Part shown: in pieces, positions 63,228 through 64,000 of the stretch
How positions within the stretch are numbered: the stretch's first letter is position 1
How the letters are laid out: each line of letters begins with the position of its first letter
From: Octopus vulgaris
Taxonomy: Eukaryota
Reading direction: 5' to 3'
NCBI GenBank assembly: GCA_951406725.2
Contig: OX597824.1
Span: forward strand, 73,098,001-73,162,000
DNA: 64,000 bases
The notes under the pieces: generated by a model
The model's input: only the letters and a program-made list of their open reading frames with translations
Databases searched by the model: none
Told to the model about the DNA's origin: nothing
Position numbers and translations under genes: made by a program

Positions 63228-64000
63228 CAATCATACACAATACTGACAGAGAGGAAGGTGAAACATTCTGTTGAGCTAATTCATATTCGCAAGGAAAACA
63301 AAATATATATGAAATAAATAGCACCACACACTCTATACTCCATACATGCATTTTACTAGTTCCAGTAATTACAACTCAATAAGCTTAGAAGGTAAATAAA
63401 CAACTTCTCAACAAAAAATAGAAATCTGTATGAAATGCTTCTCCGTGTACATACCTTACTTTACTCTTAAGGACCATAAAATTCATTTTCCTTCTGACTT
63501 TAATTACAGTCAGTGAATAAGCTCTTATGCGAATGAAATGGCTTGATATTCTTGACGTATAAGATACTCTATGTCCTTAGCACAATGGAACTGTTAATAA
63601 CAACCAACGAATTTCTTTCAAATGATACTCAAGAATGTTTTGAATAAGAAAGAATAAATTAGACAATCTAAAAACTAAGATGATCAAGGCTAGATTGACG
63701 TTGATCATAAGTTATCATAGATCTCTGTTCGATTACAGTATCCCTCAGACTAAACAACAATAATCATTTCTAATATAGACTCAATCTGGGGAAAAGGGTT
63801 AGTCGATCCCATGAACGGGGTTTGAACTCAGAATGTAAAGAACTGAAAGAAAAACTACTAAGCATTTTGTCCGACTCACTAACGATTCTTTTAGCTCGCC
63901 GCCTTCAAAAGACAATAATAATCCATTCTTCTATAGACACAAAACCTGTATTCTGTGTGCTATAGACAGACCACAATTAAGTTCCATGGCACTTATTCAG

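Overview
Eukaryotic, AT-rich, repeat-saturated non-coding DNA (intergenic or intronic). The tRNA-derived SINE families and the microsatellite load look like an octopus/cephalopod genome; this is inferred from recognising the repeats, not proven. I found no intact host protein-coding gene: the long ORFs in the track are microsatellite translations or transposon relics. The window holds more than 30 SINE copies or fragments from about three head families, non-LTR relics (Penelope-like GIY-YIG, R4/Dong-like RLE, RTE, L1/Tx1, CR1-like), and DNA-transposon relics or MITEs (hAT, pogo/Tigger, mariner, maT-like, piggyBac, Helitron). The most interesting signal is RNA-structural. Several Penelope-associated type I hammerhead ribozyme motifs are present, three with an intact catalytic core. 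Separately, two sequence-unrelated repeat families carry hammerhead core segments in a non-canonical, pseudoknotted order (NUH-helix I, then GAAA-helix III, then CUGANGA) with near-identical spacing and compensatory base changes. All folds were done by eye and none is experimentally shown. Many element boundaries are approximate.
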